A stretch of 64,000 nucleotides of DNA from Alphaproteobacteria bacterium (GCA_030427405.1 JAUHXK010000008.1:181645-245644), one strand, 5' to 3'; positions 20,165 to 31,320 are shown, counted from the stretch's first letter. Numbers and translations: made by a program. Notes: generated by a model not told the origin, from the letters alone.

Positions 20165-22525
20165 TCAGCTGTTCATCGCCGCCCAGACGCGCGACGGGCT
20201 TACCGGCATGTCGATGTGATCCACCGCCTTGCCGCCCGAATTCATCGCATCCAGAACCGCATTGACCACCGCCGGCGGAGAGCCGATGGCCCCGGCCTCA
20301 CCACAGCCCTTCACCCCCAACGGGTTATGCGTGCAGGGCGTCTGGCTGGAATGATCCACGCCGTAAAACGGCACATCATCGGCGCGCGGCATGGCGTAAT
20401 CCATGAAGGACGCGCTCAGCAGCTGGCCATTCTCGTCATAGGCGCAGTTCTCAAGCAGCGCCTGGCCGATGCCCTGGCCAATTCCGCCATGAACCTGGCC
20501 ATCCACGATCATCGGGTTGACGATGTTGCCAAAGTCATCGGCGGCGGTGAAGGCCTCGATGGTCACCTGGCCGGTCTCGGGGTCCAGCTCGACCTCGCAG
20601 GCATAAGCGCCCGAGGGGAAGGTGAAGTTGGCCGGGTCATAAAACGCGGTCTCCTCCAGCCCCGGCTCAACCTCCAGCGGGAAGTTATGCGGCACATAGG
20701 CCGTCAGGGTCACATCGCCCCAGGCCACCGATTTGTCGGTGCCTGCCACGCTGAACTGACCATCCTTCAGCTCGATATCCGCCTCCGAGGCCTCCAGCAG
20801 GTGGGCTGCGATCTTCTTGGCCTTGTCGATCACCTTCTCGGTGGCCTTCACCATGGCCGAGCCACAGACCGCAAGGCTGCGCGAGCCATAGGTGCCCATG
20901 CCAAACGGGATCTTCGAGGTGTCGCCATGCACGATCTCGACCATCGATTCATCAATGCCGATCATGTCGGCCACAACCTGCGGAAAGGCGGTCTCATGCC
21001 CCTGACCGTGGCTATGCGCACCCACCATGACACTGATCGAGCCGGTGGCATTCACCCGCACGGTCGCCGCGTCATAAAGACCCGCCCGGGCCCCCAGCAT
21101 GCCAACGATGTTCGAGGGCGCAATGCCACACGCCTCGATATAGCAGTTGATGCCCAGGCCCCGCAGCTTGCCCTTGGCCTCACTTGCCGCACGGCGCGCG
21201 GCAAAGCCTGCCAGATCGGCGGCGGCCTCAAGCTTGTCCATCGTTCCGTTGTAATCCCCGGTGTCATAGGTCAGCGCGACCGGCGTGTCATAGGGGAACT
21301 GGGTGATGAAGTTCTGACGGCGCAGGGCAATCGGGTCGACCCCCAACTCGCGCGCGGCCTTGTCCACCACGCGTTCCAGCTGGAACGTCGCCTCGGGCCG
21401 GCCCGCGCCGCGATAGGCATCCACCGGCACCGTATTGGTGAACATCGCCCGGACATTCACCTGAACGACCGGCGTCTTGTAATTGCCCGCCATCAGCGTG
21501 CCGTGCAGCCATGTGGGCACCGAGCTGGAGAAGGTCGACAGATACGCCCCCAGATTGGCATAGGTGTTGGTCCGCAACCCGATAAAGTTATTGTCCGCAT
21601 CCAGCGCCAGTTCGATTGTGCTGACATGATCGCGGCCATGGGCATCCGACATGAACGCCTCGGAGCGGCTCGAGGTCCACTTCACCGGCCGGTTACAGGC
21701 CTTGGCGGCAAAGGTACAGAACGCCTCTTCCGCATAGTGGAAGATCTTGGTGCCAAAACCGCCGCCCACATCCGGGGCCACCACGCGGACCTTGTGCTCG
21801 GGCAGGCCCAGCACGAAGGCGCACATCAGCAGGCGGATCACATGCGGGTTCTGCGAGGTGGTATAGAGCGTGTACTCATCCGTGCCCCGCTTATACTCAC
21901 CCACCGCCACGCGCGGTTCCATCGGGTTGGCGACCAGGCGGTTGTTGACCAGATCCAGCGTGGTCACATGGGCCGCACCCGCAAAGACCTCATTGACCTT
22001 GGCATCGTCAGTCTCGCCCAGTTGCCAGTCATAGCAGATGTTGTTCTTCAGATCGTCATGGACCAGCACAGCACCTTCTTGCGCGGCGGCCTTCATGTCG
22101 ATCACGGCGGGCAGTTCCTCGATCTCGAGGTCGATCGCCTCGGCCGCATCGCGGGCCTGTTCCAGGCTGTCGGCCACAACCGCGGCGATGGGATCGCCCA
22201 CATGGCGCACCTTGCCCTGGGCCAGAATGGGATGCGCAGGCTCCTGCATGGGCGCGCCGTGCTTGTCGGTCACCTCCCAGCCGCAGGGCATGCCGCCCAC
22301 GCCTTCGAAATCCTTGCCGGTAAACACCTTGACCACGCCCGGCATGGCCTCGGCCGCCGAGGTATCAAGACCGGTGATCCGGCCATGCGCGATATCCGAG
22401 CGCAGGAAATAAACATAGGCCTGTCCGGCCACGTTGATGTCGTCGGTATAATTGCCTGCTCCGGTCAGAAAGCGCACGTCCTCGCGCCGCTTGGAACTGG
22501 CTCCGATGCCACTGTCTTTGGGCAT
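20165..22525 (-). CDS. coxL: Molybdopterin-binding large subunit, form II CoxL-like
   Basis: GGGFG, AYRGAGR (21398-21418), GQG, GTYGSRS and KGCGE motifs. Confidence 0.88.
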   Translation of the reverse strand: MPKDSGIGASSKRREDVRFLTGAGNYTDDINVAGQAYVYFLRSDIAHGRITGLDTSAAEAMPGVVKVFTGKDFEGVGGMPCGWEVTDKHGAPMQEPAHPILAQGKVRHVGDPIAAVVADSLEQARDAAEAIDLEIEELPAVIDMKAAAQEGAVLVHDDLKNNICYDWQLGETDDAKVNEVFAGAAHVTTLDLVNNRLVANPMEPRVAVGEYKRGTDEYTLYTTSQNPHVIRLLMCAFVLGLPEHKVRVVAPDVGGGFGTKIFHYAEEAFCTFAAKACNRPVKWTSSRSEAFMSDAHGRDHVSTIELALDADNNFIGLRTNTYANLGAYLSTFSSSVPTWLHGTLMAGNYKTPVVQVNVRAMFTNTVPVDAYRGAGRPEATFQLERVVDKAARELGVDPIALRRQNFITQFPYDTPVALTYDTGDYNGTMDKLEAAADLAGFAARRAASEAKGKLRGLGINCYIEACGIAPSNIVGMLGARAGLYDAATVRVNATGSISVMVGAHSHGQGHETAFPQVVADMIGIDESMVEIVHGDTSKIPFGMGTYGSRSLAVCGSAMVKATEKVIDKAKKIAAHLLEASEADIELKDGQFSVAGTDKSVAWGDVTLTAYVPHNFPLEVEPGLEETAFYDPANFTFPSGAYACEVELDPETGQVTIEAFTAADDFGNIVNPMIVDGQVHGGIGQGIGQALLENCAYDENGQLLSASFMDYAMPRADDVPFYGVDHSSQTPCTHNPLGVKGCGEAGAIGSPPAVVNAVLDAMNSGGKAVDHIDMPVSPSRVWAAMNS

Positions 22526-22606
22526 TGCTTGTTCTCCTCCCATAAACGGATGCCGCAAGGCACCCCCTGTCATCCCACGGGCGTCTTGCCTACGCCCGCA
22601 GCGGCA

Positions 22607-23089
22607 TCATTCGGCGGCGATGTGGCTTACATCCTGGCCCGAAGCGGCCATGATCGCCTTGACGATGTTGTGATAGCCCGTGCACCGGCACAGGTTGCCC
22701 TCAAGATACTTGCGCACCTCAGCTTCCGTCGGGCGCGGATTGTCCTTCAGCAAGGCCGCAGCGCTCATCACCATGCCAGGTGTACAAAACCCGCATTGCA
22801 ACCCGTGATGATCCTGAAACGCCTGCTGGATCACGCTCAGAGACCCGTCCGCATGCGCCTGACCCTCGATCGTGCCAACCTCGGCCCCATCCGCCTCAAG
22901 CGCCAACATGTTGCAAGACTTCACCGCAACACCATCAACATGAACAACACACGCACCACACTGCGCCGTGTCACACCCAACATGCGTCCCGGTCAAAGAC
23001 AGCTGATCACGCAAAAATCCAGACAATAACGTCCGACCCTCAACGTCACCCTCAACCAAACGACCGTTAACGGTCATCGATACCTTCAT
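22607..23089 (-). CDS. coxS: 2Fe-2S small subunit (CoxS-like)
   Basis: [20 protein letters not shown] and CRC. Confidence 0.92.
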   Translation of the reverse strand: MKVSMTVNGRLVEGDVEGRTLLSGFLRDQLSLTGTHVGCDTAQCGACVVHVDGVAVKSCNMLALEADGAEVGTIEGQAHADGSLSVIQQAFQDHHGLQCGFCTPGMVMSAAALLKDNPRPTEAEVRKYLEGNLCRCTGYHNIVKAIMAASGQDVSHIAAE

Positions 23090-23245
23090 GAAATCCTCCC
23101 ACTTTTGGCGTGCCTCGCCACACCCGAGTTAAACATGGAAGTCTCTTATTGAGAACATAAAATGCCCGGCGAGCGCTTGGGGCCGGAAAGTACCCCTGCG
23201 ATCAGCGCGAAACCCGCTGCCCCATGCGCCTGTCTTTCGGTCGGG

Positions 23246-24247
23246 TTATGTCTTGCGGCCCGCACGGGGTTGTGGCCGGGTCGGGATTTCCTTGAGCAGG
23301 CCGCCGACGCCCATCCCGGCGATATCGGCGCCGGTTGTCTTGATCCCGCAGGCGACGCGCGACAATACCCAGTCTGCCCCGTTCAACGCCGGGGCACGGG
23401 CACAGCCCGGCAAGCCGATGACCGGCCTGTCACCAAGCGTGCCGAGAAACAGCAAATTGCCCGGGTCGACAGGCATACCGAACCGATCGACCTGACCGCC
23501 CGCCGCGCGCAGCGCTTCGGGGGCCACGTCAAATACATCAGATGTGGCCGATCCGGTCAGGATCATCACCACATCCCCGCCGATGTGCCGGATGGCCGAT
23601 GCAAGCGTCTCGGTCCGGTGCGCTACGGCTTGTACATCGCAAAGATCCATCCCAAGGGCCTCGACCCGACCCCTGATCGAGGCGATACCTTTTTCGTTGG
23701 GCGGGCCGCCCGGAATATCGGTCACGATCAGCCCAGCGGTCCGGTGAACAGGCCGGGCCAGCCGTATCGCATTGCGAGCCAGTTGCGACGCACGTGCGAC
23801 ATCCTCTCCCGGAACCGCGTAAGAGATCACCTTGACCGTCGCCACCATGCCGCCCGCACCCATCTGCTGATACTGAGGCACGGTCGCAATCGTGATCATC
23901 GGGTTCACATGGTTGAAGGCCTGCAAGGATGCGACATCCAGAACAGCCACGCCGGGGCCGTCGGCCAGCAGGTTCACCCGCCCGGTGAAGGGCTGCGTGA
24001 CCTTCAGCGCAGCGGCGTCAGGATCGGGGGCAAGCGCCGAGGCCAGTTTTCGGGCCGCCTCGTCCTCGTGGCAATCGCCTGGTTCAAGCCGTGCGACAAT
24101 GACCGACCCGTGACCCGCCGCCGCAAGCTGCGACAGATGATCCGGCGTCAGGATGACACCTTTGCGCAGCCTGGTGTCGCCAACCTGCACCGAATGGGCC
24201 AGGACGGCCCCCTCTGCCCCGGTCACCGGAACTGGGCCGAATTTCAT
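23246..24247 (-). CDS. Molybdopterin-binding protein (MoeA/MoCF-biosynthesis-like)
   Basis: TGRVNL, GMPVDPGNLLFLG and GLPGCAR; cox context. Confidence 0.75.
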   Translation of the reverse strand: MKFGPVPVTGAEGAVLAHSVQVGDTRLRKGVILTPDHLSQLAAAGHGSVIVARLEPGDCHEDEAARKLASALAPDPDAAALKVTQPFTGRVNLLADGPGVAVLDVASLQAFNHVNPMITIATVPQYQQMGAGGMVATVKVISYAVPGEDVARASQLARNAIRLARPVHRTAGLIVTDIPGGPPNEKGIASIRGRVEALGMDLCDVQAVAHRTETLASAIRHIGGDVVMILTGSATSDVFDVAPEALRAAGGQVDRFGMPVDPGNLLFLGTLGDRPVIGLPGCARAPALNGADWVLSRVACGIKTTGADIAGMGVGGLLKEIPTRPQPRAGRKT

Positions 24248-25212
24248 GCCTTGCCCCGCAGCACGGCCGTCATCTGCGCCAAGATGGCAACGGCGATTTC
24301 CGACGGGTCCGCCGCACCGATATCCAGGCCCACAGGCCCGTGTATCCGGTCGATTTGCGACTGGGTAAAGCCCGCAGCCTTCATCCGTTCGACCCGCTTA
24401 GCATGGGTCCGGGTCGAGCCAAGGGCGCCGATGTAAAACACGCCCGCCTGCAGCGCAGACTGAAGCGCGGGATCATCCAGCTTGGGGTCATGGGTCAGCA
24501 GCACCACGGCAGTGCGGGCATCCAACCCAAGCCTGGCAACGGCTTCGTCCGGCCAATCGGTCAGGATCGTTTCGCCGGGAAAACGCGCGGCCGAGGCAAA
24601 GGCATCGCGCGGGTCGATGATCGCGGGGTCATACCCGGCGATCCGCGCCATCGGCACAAGCGCCTGTGTGATGTGAACCGCACCGACAACAATCAACCGC
24701 AACGGGGGATTGTGAACGGCAACGAAGGTCTGGCCATCCTCTTCGAACCCCGACCTGTCCATCCGCAACCGTTCGGGATACGCGTTGCGTCGCAGTGCCC
24801 GGTGACCGGTTTCAACATTGACCTCATAGGCCAATGGTTCACGGGCCGCGCGGGCAGAAACCAGGTCGGCCAGCATCTTTTCGGGCAGGACAGAGCCAAC
24901 CGGTTCGACAAGAACGCGGATCGTGCCGCCGCAGGCCAGACCGACGGCAAAGGCATCTTCGTCGCTGACGCCGAACTCCAGCAGCCGCGCTTCGCCCTCG
25001 TCAATCGCTTCCAGCGCTTCGACGATCACCGCGCCTTCGACGCAGCCGCCCGAGACCGATCCCTCGATCCGACCGTCTGCCCCGATCACAAGCTGTGCGC
25101 CGATCCGACGCGGCGCGCTGCCCCAGGTTTCGACCACGGTCGCAAGAGCCGCACCGCCACCGGTCCGGTACCAGTTCAACGCCGTTTCCGGGCTACTGTC
25201 GAATCGATCCAT
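24244..25212 (-). CDS. XdhC/CoxF family Mo-cofactor maturation protein
   Basis: WGSAPR, GSVSGGCVE, GLACGG, THDPKLD, YIGALGS and GPVGLDIG. Confidence 0.9.
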   Translation of the reverse strand: MDRFDSSPETALNWYRTGGGAALATVVETWGSAPRRIGAQLVIGADGRIEGSVSGGCVEGAVIVEALEAIDEGEARLLEFGVSDEDAFAVGLACGGTIRVLVEPVGSVLPEKMLADLVSARAAREPLAYEVNVETGHRALRRNAYPERLRMDRSGFEEDGQTFVAVHNPPLRLIVVGAVHITQALVPMARIAGYDPAIIDPRDAFASAARFPGETILTDWPDEAVARLGLDARTAVVLLTHDPKLDDPALQSALQAGVFYIGALGSTRTHAKRVERMKAAGFTQSQIDRIHGPVGLDIGAADPSEIAVAILAQMTAVLRGKA

Positions 25213-25459
25213 GGAACCCTCCGTCCCTGTTCTGCCCTAACATAGGCAGGTTTGCGTCAATGAAAAGCGGACCGGGGGCCGCATGGGCGACGAGTGCTGA
25301 GACGTCACCTTTTTTCCCGTCGAGCGATCGGTAAGGCGGAGCGCCCCGCGACGGTCGGCACGCGCTGTGGCTTGGCTGTTTTTCGCCTGTGAACGAACAG
25401 GATGCGGTGTGGCGCAGTTCAGCATTGATTGCAGTGACTTCGGCCACTAGCCTGCCCCA

Positions 25460-25476
25460 TGCAGGCACTGCCTGCA
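25460..25476. promoter_or_regulatory. Inverted repeat, possible operator
   Basis: TGCAGGCA-C-TGCCTGCA, 36 nt upstream of the TTG at 25513. Confidence 0.35.
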
Positions 25477-25512
25477 CATTTTGCCAGACAATTTGTGAAC
25501 GGAGACAAACAG

Positions 25513-26013
25513 TTGAAACGTATTCTGACACTGGGAGCGGCATTGGGCCTTCTGGGTTCGACCGCTGCATTTGCCGACACTTACGAGCGCTATGGCGAGG
25601 TCGAAGGATGGAAGGTCTTTATCGACAACGAAAAGAAATCCTGCCTGATCGAAGCCATTGATGACGCCGAAAACGTGGTCCAGATGGGGCTGACCGCGGA
25701 CCGGGGCGTCGGCTATGTCGGTGTGTTCACCAAGGCCGAAACCGACATCAAACGCGGCGAGAAAGAAGCCGTGGCGATCCTTTTGGGCGACCAGATCTAT
25801 CTGGGCGAAGCGACCGGTATGAAAGGCAACATCACCAAAGGGTATTCGGGCGGCTACGTCCTGTCCGACAATCCCGCCTTTGCCGAGGGCCTGGCCAAGG
25901 AAAAGGTCATGGTCGTGTTTCCCGAAAAGGACTTCGCCTTTACCGTTGATCTGACGGGCACCTACAAAGCCATGGAAATGGCCGCCGAATGCAACGCCAA
26001 GCAGGTCGAATAA
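25513..26013 (+). CDS. Secreted hypothetical protein with two Cys
   Basis: TTG start with GGAG 8 nt upstream; signal peptide (..STAAFA); GC3-rich codons. Confidence 0.8.
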   Translation: MKRILTLGAALGLLGSTAAFADTYERYGEVEGWKVFIDNEKKSCLIEAIDDAENVVQMGLTADRGVGYVGVFTKAETDIKRGEKEAVAILLGDQIYLGEATGMKGNITKGYSGGYVLSDNPAFAEGLAKEKVMVVFPEKDFAFTVDLTGTYKAMEMAAECNAKQVE

Positions 26014-26017
26014 ACGA

Positions 26018-27280
26018 TTAACGCCCATCGGAAAGCGCGGTCATAAGCCGCGCTTTTTCGCCCTGGTCCTCCGGGTTGGAAATGACCGCGGCCAGGTCCT
26101 GAAGGGACGAAATGGAATGGCCTGCCCGGAAGCTGTCAACATGGGGCAACATGGACAGGATGCCTTGCGCCCTGGGGGCAAACCCATCCCATCTGAGCAA
26201 CGGGTTCAGCCAGATGAACCGACGCGCGGACAAGTGCAGTCGCTGCATCTCGTGGGACAGCTGGTCAGGGTCACCCCGTTCGAGCCCGTCTGTGATCAGC
26301 AGAACAACCGCCCCCTGCCCCATGACCCGCCGGGACCAGTCGCGGTTGAACTGATGCAGGCATTCTCCGATGCGGGTGCCGCCCTCCCAGTCCTGCGCCT
26401 CGGCCCCGGCGGCGGCCAGGGCCGCATCGACATCGCGCTGATGCAAGTGGCGCGTGATATTGGTCAGCCGCGTTCCGAAGGTGAACGCGTGAACCCGCGC
26501 CCATCCCGCGCCCCTTGCATTTGAAACAGCATGCAGGAAATGCAGGATGATCCTGCTGTACTGGCTCATGGAACCGGAAATGTCGCACAGGACCACCAGG
26601 TTGGGCCAGCGCGGTTTGGGCTGCATCCGCGCGATGTCGCGCAGCTCACCGCCCTGACGCATGGCCGATCGCAGGGTACGGGCACGGTCGATACGGTGAC
26701 CGAGATGGCTGGCCTGTCCGCGGCGGGACAAGATCGGGCGGACCGGCAGTTTCATCTGCGCCAGAATACGCTTGGCCTGTGCAATCTCGTCGGTGCTCAT
26801 CTGTTCGAAATCCAGGCTGCGCAGGCGCTCCTCGGAGGATGCGGTCTGGGTTGCGTCGACTTCGATCCCGGTCTCGCCCTGATCGTCCGGTGTTTCCGGC
26901 ACGTCCCGTTCAACACCGTCCAGCAGAGCCTCGGCCGCGCGCTTTTCGCCCGCATCCGCCTTGTGTTCTTCCTGTACGCCGCGAATGGCGGGCAGCATCA
27001 TGGCCATCATATGTTCCATGTATCGCGGGTCGCGCCAGTAGAGGCGAAAGACCTGGGCGAACACGACCCGATGTTCGGGGCGGTTCACGAAACAGGCGTG
27101 CAGGGTCCAGTAGAAATCCTGTTTGTTGGTGAACCCAGCGGCCTGAACCGCGCGAATGGCATCGACGACCCGCCCGGTCCCGATCGGCAGGCCTGCCTTG
27201 CGCAGGGCCCGCGCAAAATGGGTGATATTCTGCGCAAGCCTGGGGCTGTCGGGGATATCGAGCGGCAGGCTTTCAGCCAT
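26018..27280 (-). CDS. coxE: vWA domain protein, CoxE-like
   Basis: MIDAS DISGSM, FTFGTRLT, GGTRIG, ITDG and WLNP. Confidence 0.88.
   Translation of the reverse strand: MAESLPLDIPDSPRLAQNITHFARALRKAGLPIGTGRVVDAIRAVQAAGFTNKQDFYWTLHACFVNRPEHRVVFAQVFRLYWRDPRYMEHMMAMMLPAIRGVQEEHKADAGEKRAAEALLDGVERDVPETPDDQGETGIEVDATQTASSEERLRSLDFEQMSTDEIAQAKRILAQMKLPVRPILSRRGQASHLGHRIDRARTLRSAMRQGGELRDIARMQPKPRWPNLVVLCDISGSMSQYSRIILHFLHAVSNARGAGWARVHAFTFGTRLTNITRHLHQRDVDAALAAAGAEAQDWEGGTRIGECLHQFNRDWSRRVMGQGAVVLLITDGLERGDPDQLSHEMQRLHLSARRFIWLNPLLRWDGFAPRAQGILSMLPHVDSFRAGHSISSLQDLAAVISNPEDQGEKARLMTALSDGR
26032..26056 (+). terminator. Intrinsic terminator of the secreted-protein gene, lying inside the coxE 3' end
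   Basis: AAAGCGCGG-TCATAAG-CCGCGCTTT followed by further T residues. Confidence 0.65.
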
Positions 27281-27289
27281 CAGCGATCA

Positions 27290-27335
27290 TGGGGGCTCTG
27301 CCCCCATCCCCCCGGAGTATTTGGCAAAAGATGAA
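27290..27335 (-). repeat. 46-bp REP-like intergenic element, copy 2
   Basis: Reverse complement TTCATCTTTTGCCAAATACTCCGGGGGGATGGGGGCAGAGCCCCCA; lies between coxD and coxE. Confidence 0.75.
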
Positions 27336-27338
27336 ACA

Positions 27339-28247
27339 TCAGGCCGGTTCGAGCGTGGCCTTGGCTTCGTCCAGGATGCGCTTGGCCTCGGAGCCCTGTA
27401 GCTTTTGAATATCGTCCTGGTATTTCAGGATCGCACCCAATGTGTCGCCGATGACTTCGGGGCTGAGGTTGATCACGTCGAGCGCCAGCAGGCATTTGGC
27501 CCAGTCGATGGTTTCGGCGACGCCTGGTTTCTTGAACAGGTCCTCGGTACGCAGGCGTTGGACAAAGGCCACCACTTCGCGGCTGAGCGTCTCGGCGGCC
27601 TCGGGGGCGCGGGCGTGCAGGATTTCGATCTCGCGGTCGAAATCGGGGTAGTCGACCCAGTGGTAGAGGCACCTGCGTTTGAGGGCATCATGGACTTCGC
27701 GCGTGCGGTTTGACGTGACAATGACGATGGGAGGTTCGGGCGCCTGGACTGTTCCCAGTTCCGGGATCGTTACCTGAAAGTCGCTCAGCGCCTCGAGCAG
27801 GAATGCCTCGAACGGTTCGTCGGTCCGGTCCAACTCGTCGATCAGCAGCACCGGCGCGCCATGGGTGTCGGGGCGCATCGCCTGCAGCAGCGGGCGTTCG
27901 ACAAGGAATTCGTCGGAAAACAATTCGGTTCGCAACGTGGAACGATCCGCACCACCTGCGGCTTCGGCGGTTCGGATCGCGACCATCTGGGCCGGGAAGT
28001 TCCATTCGTAGACGGCGGTGGACGCGTCCAGTCCTTCGTAACATTGCAGCCGGATCAGGCGTCGGCCCAGCCCTGCGGCCAGGGCTTTTGCGATTTCGGT
28101 TTTGCCGACACCTGCCTCGCCCTCCAGAAACAGCGGCCGTCCGAGTTTCAGCGACAGGAACACCACCGTGGCCAAGGCCCGGCCGCAGACATATCCCTGG
28201 CTGGCAAGCATATCCTGAACGGCATCGATCGTATCTGTCTGCGTCAT
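27339..28247 (-). CDS. coxD: MoxR family AAA+ ATPase, CoxD-like
   Basis: GEAGVGKT Walker A, LLIDELD Walker B and DALKRR. Confidence 0.9.
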   Translation of the reverse strand: MTQTDTIDAVQDMLASQGYVCGRALATVVFLSLKLGRPLFLEGEAGVGKTEIAKALAAGLGRRLIRLQCYEGLDASTAVYEWNFPAQMVAIRTAEAAGGADRSTLRTELFSDEFLVERPLLQAMRPDTHGAPVLLIDELDRTDEPFEAFLLEALSDFQVTIPELGTVQAPEPPIVIVTSNRTREVHDALKRRCLYHWVDYPDFDREIEILHARAPEAAETLSREVVAFVQRLRTEDLFKKPGVAETIDWAKCLLALDVINLSPEVIGDTLGAILKYQDDIQKLQGSEAKRILDEAKATLEPA

Positions 28248-28432
28248 GTTGGGTTCTCCGCTTTGGCCCAACAGGTCACGCCAGCGCGCGCGCGTCAAGA
28301 CCGCGACGGCCTTGCCGGTTACGACGATCCGGCAGGTTGACAGACCTGCCCGATGCCCCACGCGAGACCCAATCGACGCGGATGCGCCTGCTTGGGCTTT
28401 TCGGCGCGTTCGGCCTGTGCTAGCCGGGGCGC

Positions 28433-29470
28433 ATGACCCAGAGCCTGACACTCCGCCGCCCCGACGACTGGCACCTGCATCTGCGCGATGGCGCAATGTT
28501 GCAGGCTGTTCTGCCCGAAACCGCCCGGCATTTCGCCCGTGCGATCATCATGCCCAACCTGGTGCCGCCCGTGGTGACCGGCGACCAGGCGGCCGCGTAC
28601 CGGGACCGCATCCTGCGCGCCCTGCCCGATGGCATGTCATTCGAACCGCTGATGACCCTGTACCTGACCGAGGATACCGATCCACAGGATGTGGCCACAG
28701 CCCATGCCAGCGGGCTGATCAAGGCGGTCAAGCTGTATCCTGCCGGGGCGACGACCAACTCGGCCTCGGGTGTGCGCGATTTCGACAAGGTGCGCGCGGT
28801 CCTGGAAAAGATGGCCGAGGTGGGCGTGCCCCTATGTCTCCATGGCGAGGTCACCGATGCGAAAATCGACATCTTTGACCGCGAGGCGGTGTTTATCGAC
28901 CGGGTTCTGGACCCGATCCGCAGGGAAACGCCCGGATTGCGCGTGGTGATGGAACATATCACCACCTCGAACGGTGTGGACTATGTCAGGGCCAATGACG
29001 CGGATCTGGGCGCGACGATCACGACACATCACCTGATCATCAATCGCAACCATATCCTGGTTGGCGGTATCAAACCGCATTACTATTGCCTTCCCGTTGC
29101 CAAGCGCGAGGAACACCGGCTGGCCTTGCTGAACGCGGCGACCTCCGGCGACGGGCGTTTTTTCCTGGGCACTGACAGCGCGCCGCACACGGATGACAAC
29201 AAGGAAATGGCCTGTGGCTGTGCCGGGTGCTTTACCGCGACCAATACCATGTCGCTGCTGGCCGAGATGTTCGAGCGTCAGGATGCACTGGACAAGCTTG
29301 AAGGGTTCACCTCTTTGCACGGCCCTGCATTCTATCGCTTGCCGGTCAATCAGGACACGATCACGCTTACCAAGGGTGAGGTGGTCGAATACCCCGCCAA
29401 GATCGACACCGAAGACGGCCCGGTCACAGTGTTCGATCCCGGCTTTCCGCTGCATTGGCGGGTCAGCTAA
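28433..29470 (+). CDS. pyrC: Dihydroorotase (type II)
   Basis: [27 protein letters not shown] and GTDSAPH. Confidence 0.96.
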   Translation: MTQSLTLRRPDDWHLHLRDGAMLQAVLPETARHFARAIIMPNLVPPVVTGDQAAAYRDRILRALPDGMSFEPLMTLYLTEDTDPQDVATAHASGLIKAVKLYPAGATTNSASGVRDFDKVRAVLEKMAEVGVPLCLHGEVTDAKIDIFDREAVFIDRVLDPIRRETPGLRVVMEHITTSNGVDYVRANDADLGATITTHHLIINRNHILVGGIKPHYYCLPVAKREEHRLALLNAATSGDGRFFLGTDSAPHTDDNKEMACGCAGCFTATNTMSLLAEMFERQDALDKLEGFTSLHGPAFYRLPVNQDTITLTKGEVVEYPAKIDTEDGPVTVFDPGFPLHWRVS

Positions 29471-30762
29471 CCCGCCATCCGAACAGCAAGATCCGCTGCG
29501 CGCCCACCCGTGCGCAGCATGGTCCAGATCGCGTCTGCGCTTTCCGATCCGATCAGCTTGGCCGCCTTGTCCCGAACCCGGTCTTCACGATCCGACAGCG
29601 CCATGGGCGCAAGCAGGTCGTGAATTGCTTCGCGCCGAGCGCCGTCGCGGCGCAGAAGTGCGACGCGGGCCTGGGTTTCTGACATCTCGTCATCCGCGAC
29701 CACGGTGATACGGTCCCGCAGTGACGTAAGGCGCGGATCGGCGCAAACCTTGTCGGCATAGCTGTCCGGCAAGGCCGTGTCATACCCTGTCGCCATCATC
29801 GCAATCACCGTTCGATACGAGAATTTAGCGCCTAGCCCTGTGGTCGGTGCAAGCTGATTGCACACGCTCATCCAGCGCGGGTGGGTATGCACCTTGATCT
29901 CGGCCACTTCGGGTTCGGCGATGTCCAGATCGCGGGCTGCCTCGAGCGCGGCGTGCAGACCGTGGCAGCAGGCATGGAATTTGTGACTGACGCTTTCGAA
30001 CAGCCATTCATCCCCCAGCCCGGCAAGGGCGGTGGTGGCGTCATCCGCGCCGCTATGGGTTGCGGCAAAGCCGAAGGCGCCTTGCAGCGCGTGTTCATTG
30101 GGTTGAAATCCCGCTTGGACAAGAAGCGCCGCCTCGACGCCGGACGACGCTGCAAGCCCTGCATTGTAAGGCTTTCCCATTGTTCCAAACTGCGCCTTCA
30201 GCCCGGCCGCACGCGTGGCCGTCAGGCCCAGAACCCGGCGAAACGCGGCGGCATCAAACCCGAATAACCGACCCGCTGCCACAGCGGCCCCAAAGGCACC
30301 GGCTGTTGCCGTTTGGTGAAACCCCGCCTGGTAATGCGCGCGCCCTAGCCAAAGCCCGACCCTGACCGAGGTTTCCATGCCAACCAATGCGGCCTCTAGC
30401 AGATCGACCACCGGCCTGTCGGTCCACGCAGCGACCGCCAGCACCGCAGGAAATACGGCGACTGAAGGATGCCCGATATGCGCGAAATGCGTGTCGTCAT
30501 AATCCAACGCGTGCGAAATCGTGCCGTTGACCAGTGCCGCTGCCCGCAAGGGGGCCGCGCCGCCGCCAAATAATGACGCCTGCGCCGCGCCGCCTTCGGA
30601 CAGCACCATGTCCCGGACAATTCGCGACACCGGCTCATTGGCCCCCGCCATCCCCACGGCAAACCAGTCCAGTGCAGACAAAGACGTGACAATCCGGGCC
30701 TGCGCCGTGGTCGAAACGGGGCCACCTGCAAAAGCGGCAAGCTCTGTTGAAAGATCGTTCAT
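29467..30762 (-). CDS. MmgE/PrpD family protein
   Basis: [21 protein letters not shown] and KFHACCH. Confidence 0.85.
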   Translation of the reverse strand: MNDLSTELAAFAGGPVSTTAQARIVTSLSALDWFAVGMAGANEPVSRIVRDMVLSEGGAAQASLFGGGAAPLRAAALVNGTISHALDYDDTHFAHIGHPSVAVFPAVLAVAAWTDRPVVDLLEAALVGMETSVRVGLWLGRAHYQAGFHQTATAGAFGAAVAAGRLFGFDAAAFRRVLGLTATRAAGLKAQFGTMGKPYNAGLAASSGVEAALLVQAGFQPNEHALQGAFGFAATHSGADDATTALAGLGDEWLFESVSHKFHACCHGLHAALEAARDLDIAEPEVAEIKVHTHPRWMSVCNQLAPTTGLGAKFSYRTVIAMMATGYDTALPDSYADKVCADPRLTSLRDRITVVADDEMSETQARVALLRRDGARREAIHDLLAPMALSDREDRVRDKAAKLIGSESADAIWTMLRTGGRAADLAVRMAG

Positions 30763-30800
30763 ACCGCGCAGTCTAACGTTCGTCCCGCGCGGGTAAAGCC

Positions 30801-31247
30801 TCAGCCGTACAGCGCGGCGGCGCGTTGTTCAAAGGCGCGGACGACACGGTGCATGGCCTCGTTGAACACCACACCGATAATCCCCTGCAGAACGGCATTC
30901 TTGAATTCGAAATCAACGTGGAAGGACACGTTGCACCCACCGTCCGGGGCGTCTTGGAAATGCCAGTCCGAACGCATGTACTTGAACGGGCCATCCAGAT
31001 ATTCGGTGTCGATCTTGCGCTGCTGTGCAAACAGGGTCACGCGGCTGCCGAACCGTTCCCGGAACACCTTGAACGAGATGACCAGATCCGCCTCAAGCAC
31101 CTGCGCCTCGCCGGTCTCGAATGTCCTGCGAATGCGTGCCGCCGAGCACCATGGCAGAAACTCGGGATACCGCGCGACGTCGGCAACCAGGTCATACATT
31201 TGCTGGGCTGTGTATGGCAGGTGGCGGGTTTCCGAGTGAACTGGCAT
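30801..31247 (-). CDS. RatA/Coq10 START-domain protein
   Basis: MYDLVADVARYPEFLPWC and GPFKYMRSDWHF. Confidence 0.88.
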   Translation of the reverse strand: MPVHSETRHLPYTAQQMYDLVADVARYPEFLPWCSAARIRRTFETGEAQVLEADLVISFKVFRERFGSRVTLFAQQRKIDTEYLDGPFKYMRSDWHFQDAPDGGCNVSFHVDFEFKNAVLQGIIGVVFNEAMHRVVRAFEQRAAALYG

Positions 31248-31320
31248 CGCATTCTGGCATAATTAGGTGACAATGGCGCGTCATGTCGTATGTTGCGCGC
31301 CAAAGATCAAGGGGGTAGCG

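Noticed and set aside
20216-23029. 937-aa + strand ORF
   Set aside because: Antisense shadow of coxL/coxS caused by GC3 bias; no motifs.
19279-23089. Bona fide form I CO dehydrogenase
   Set aside because: Active-site loop is AYRGAGR rather than AYxCSFR, and the order is S-L-M.
30801-31247. Type II toxin-antitoxin module
   Set aside because: RatA/Coq10 START proteins are ubiquinone-binding housekeeping proteins; no antitoxin partner is adjacent.
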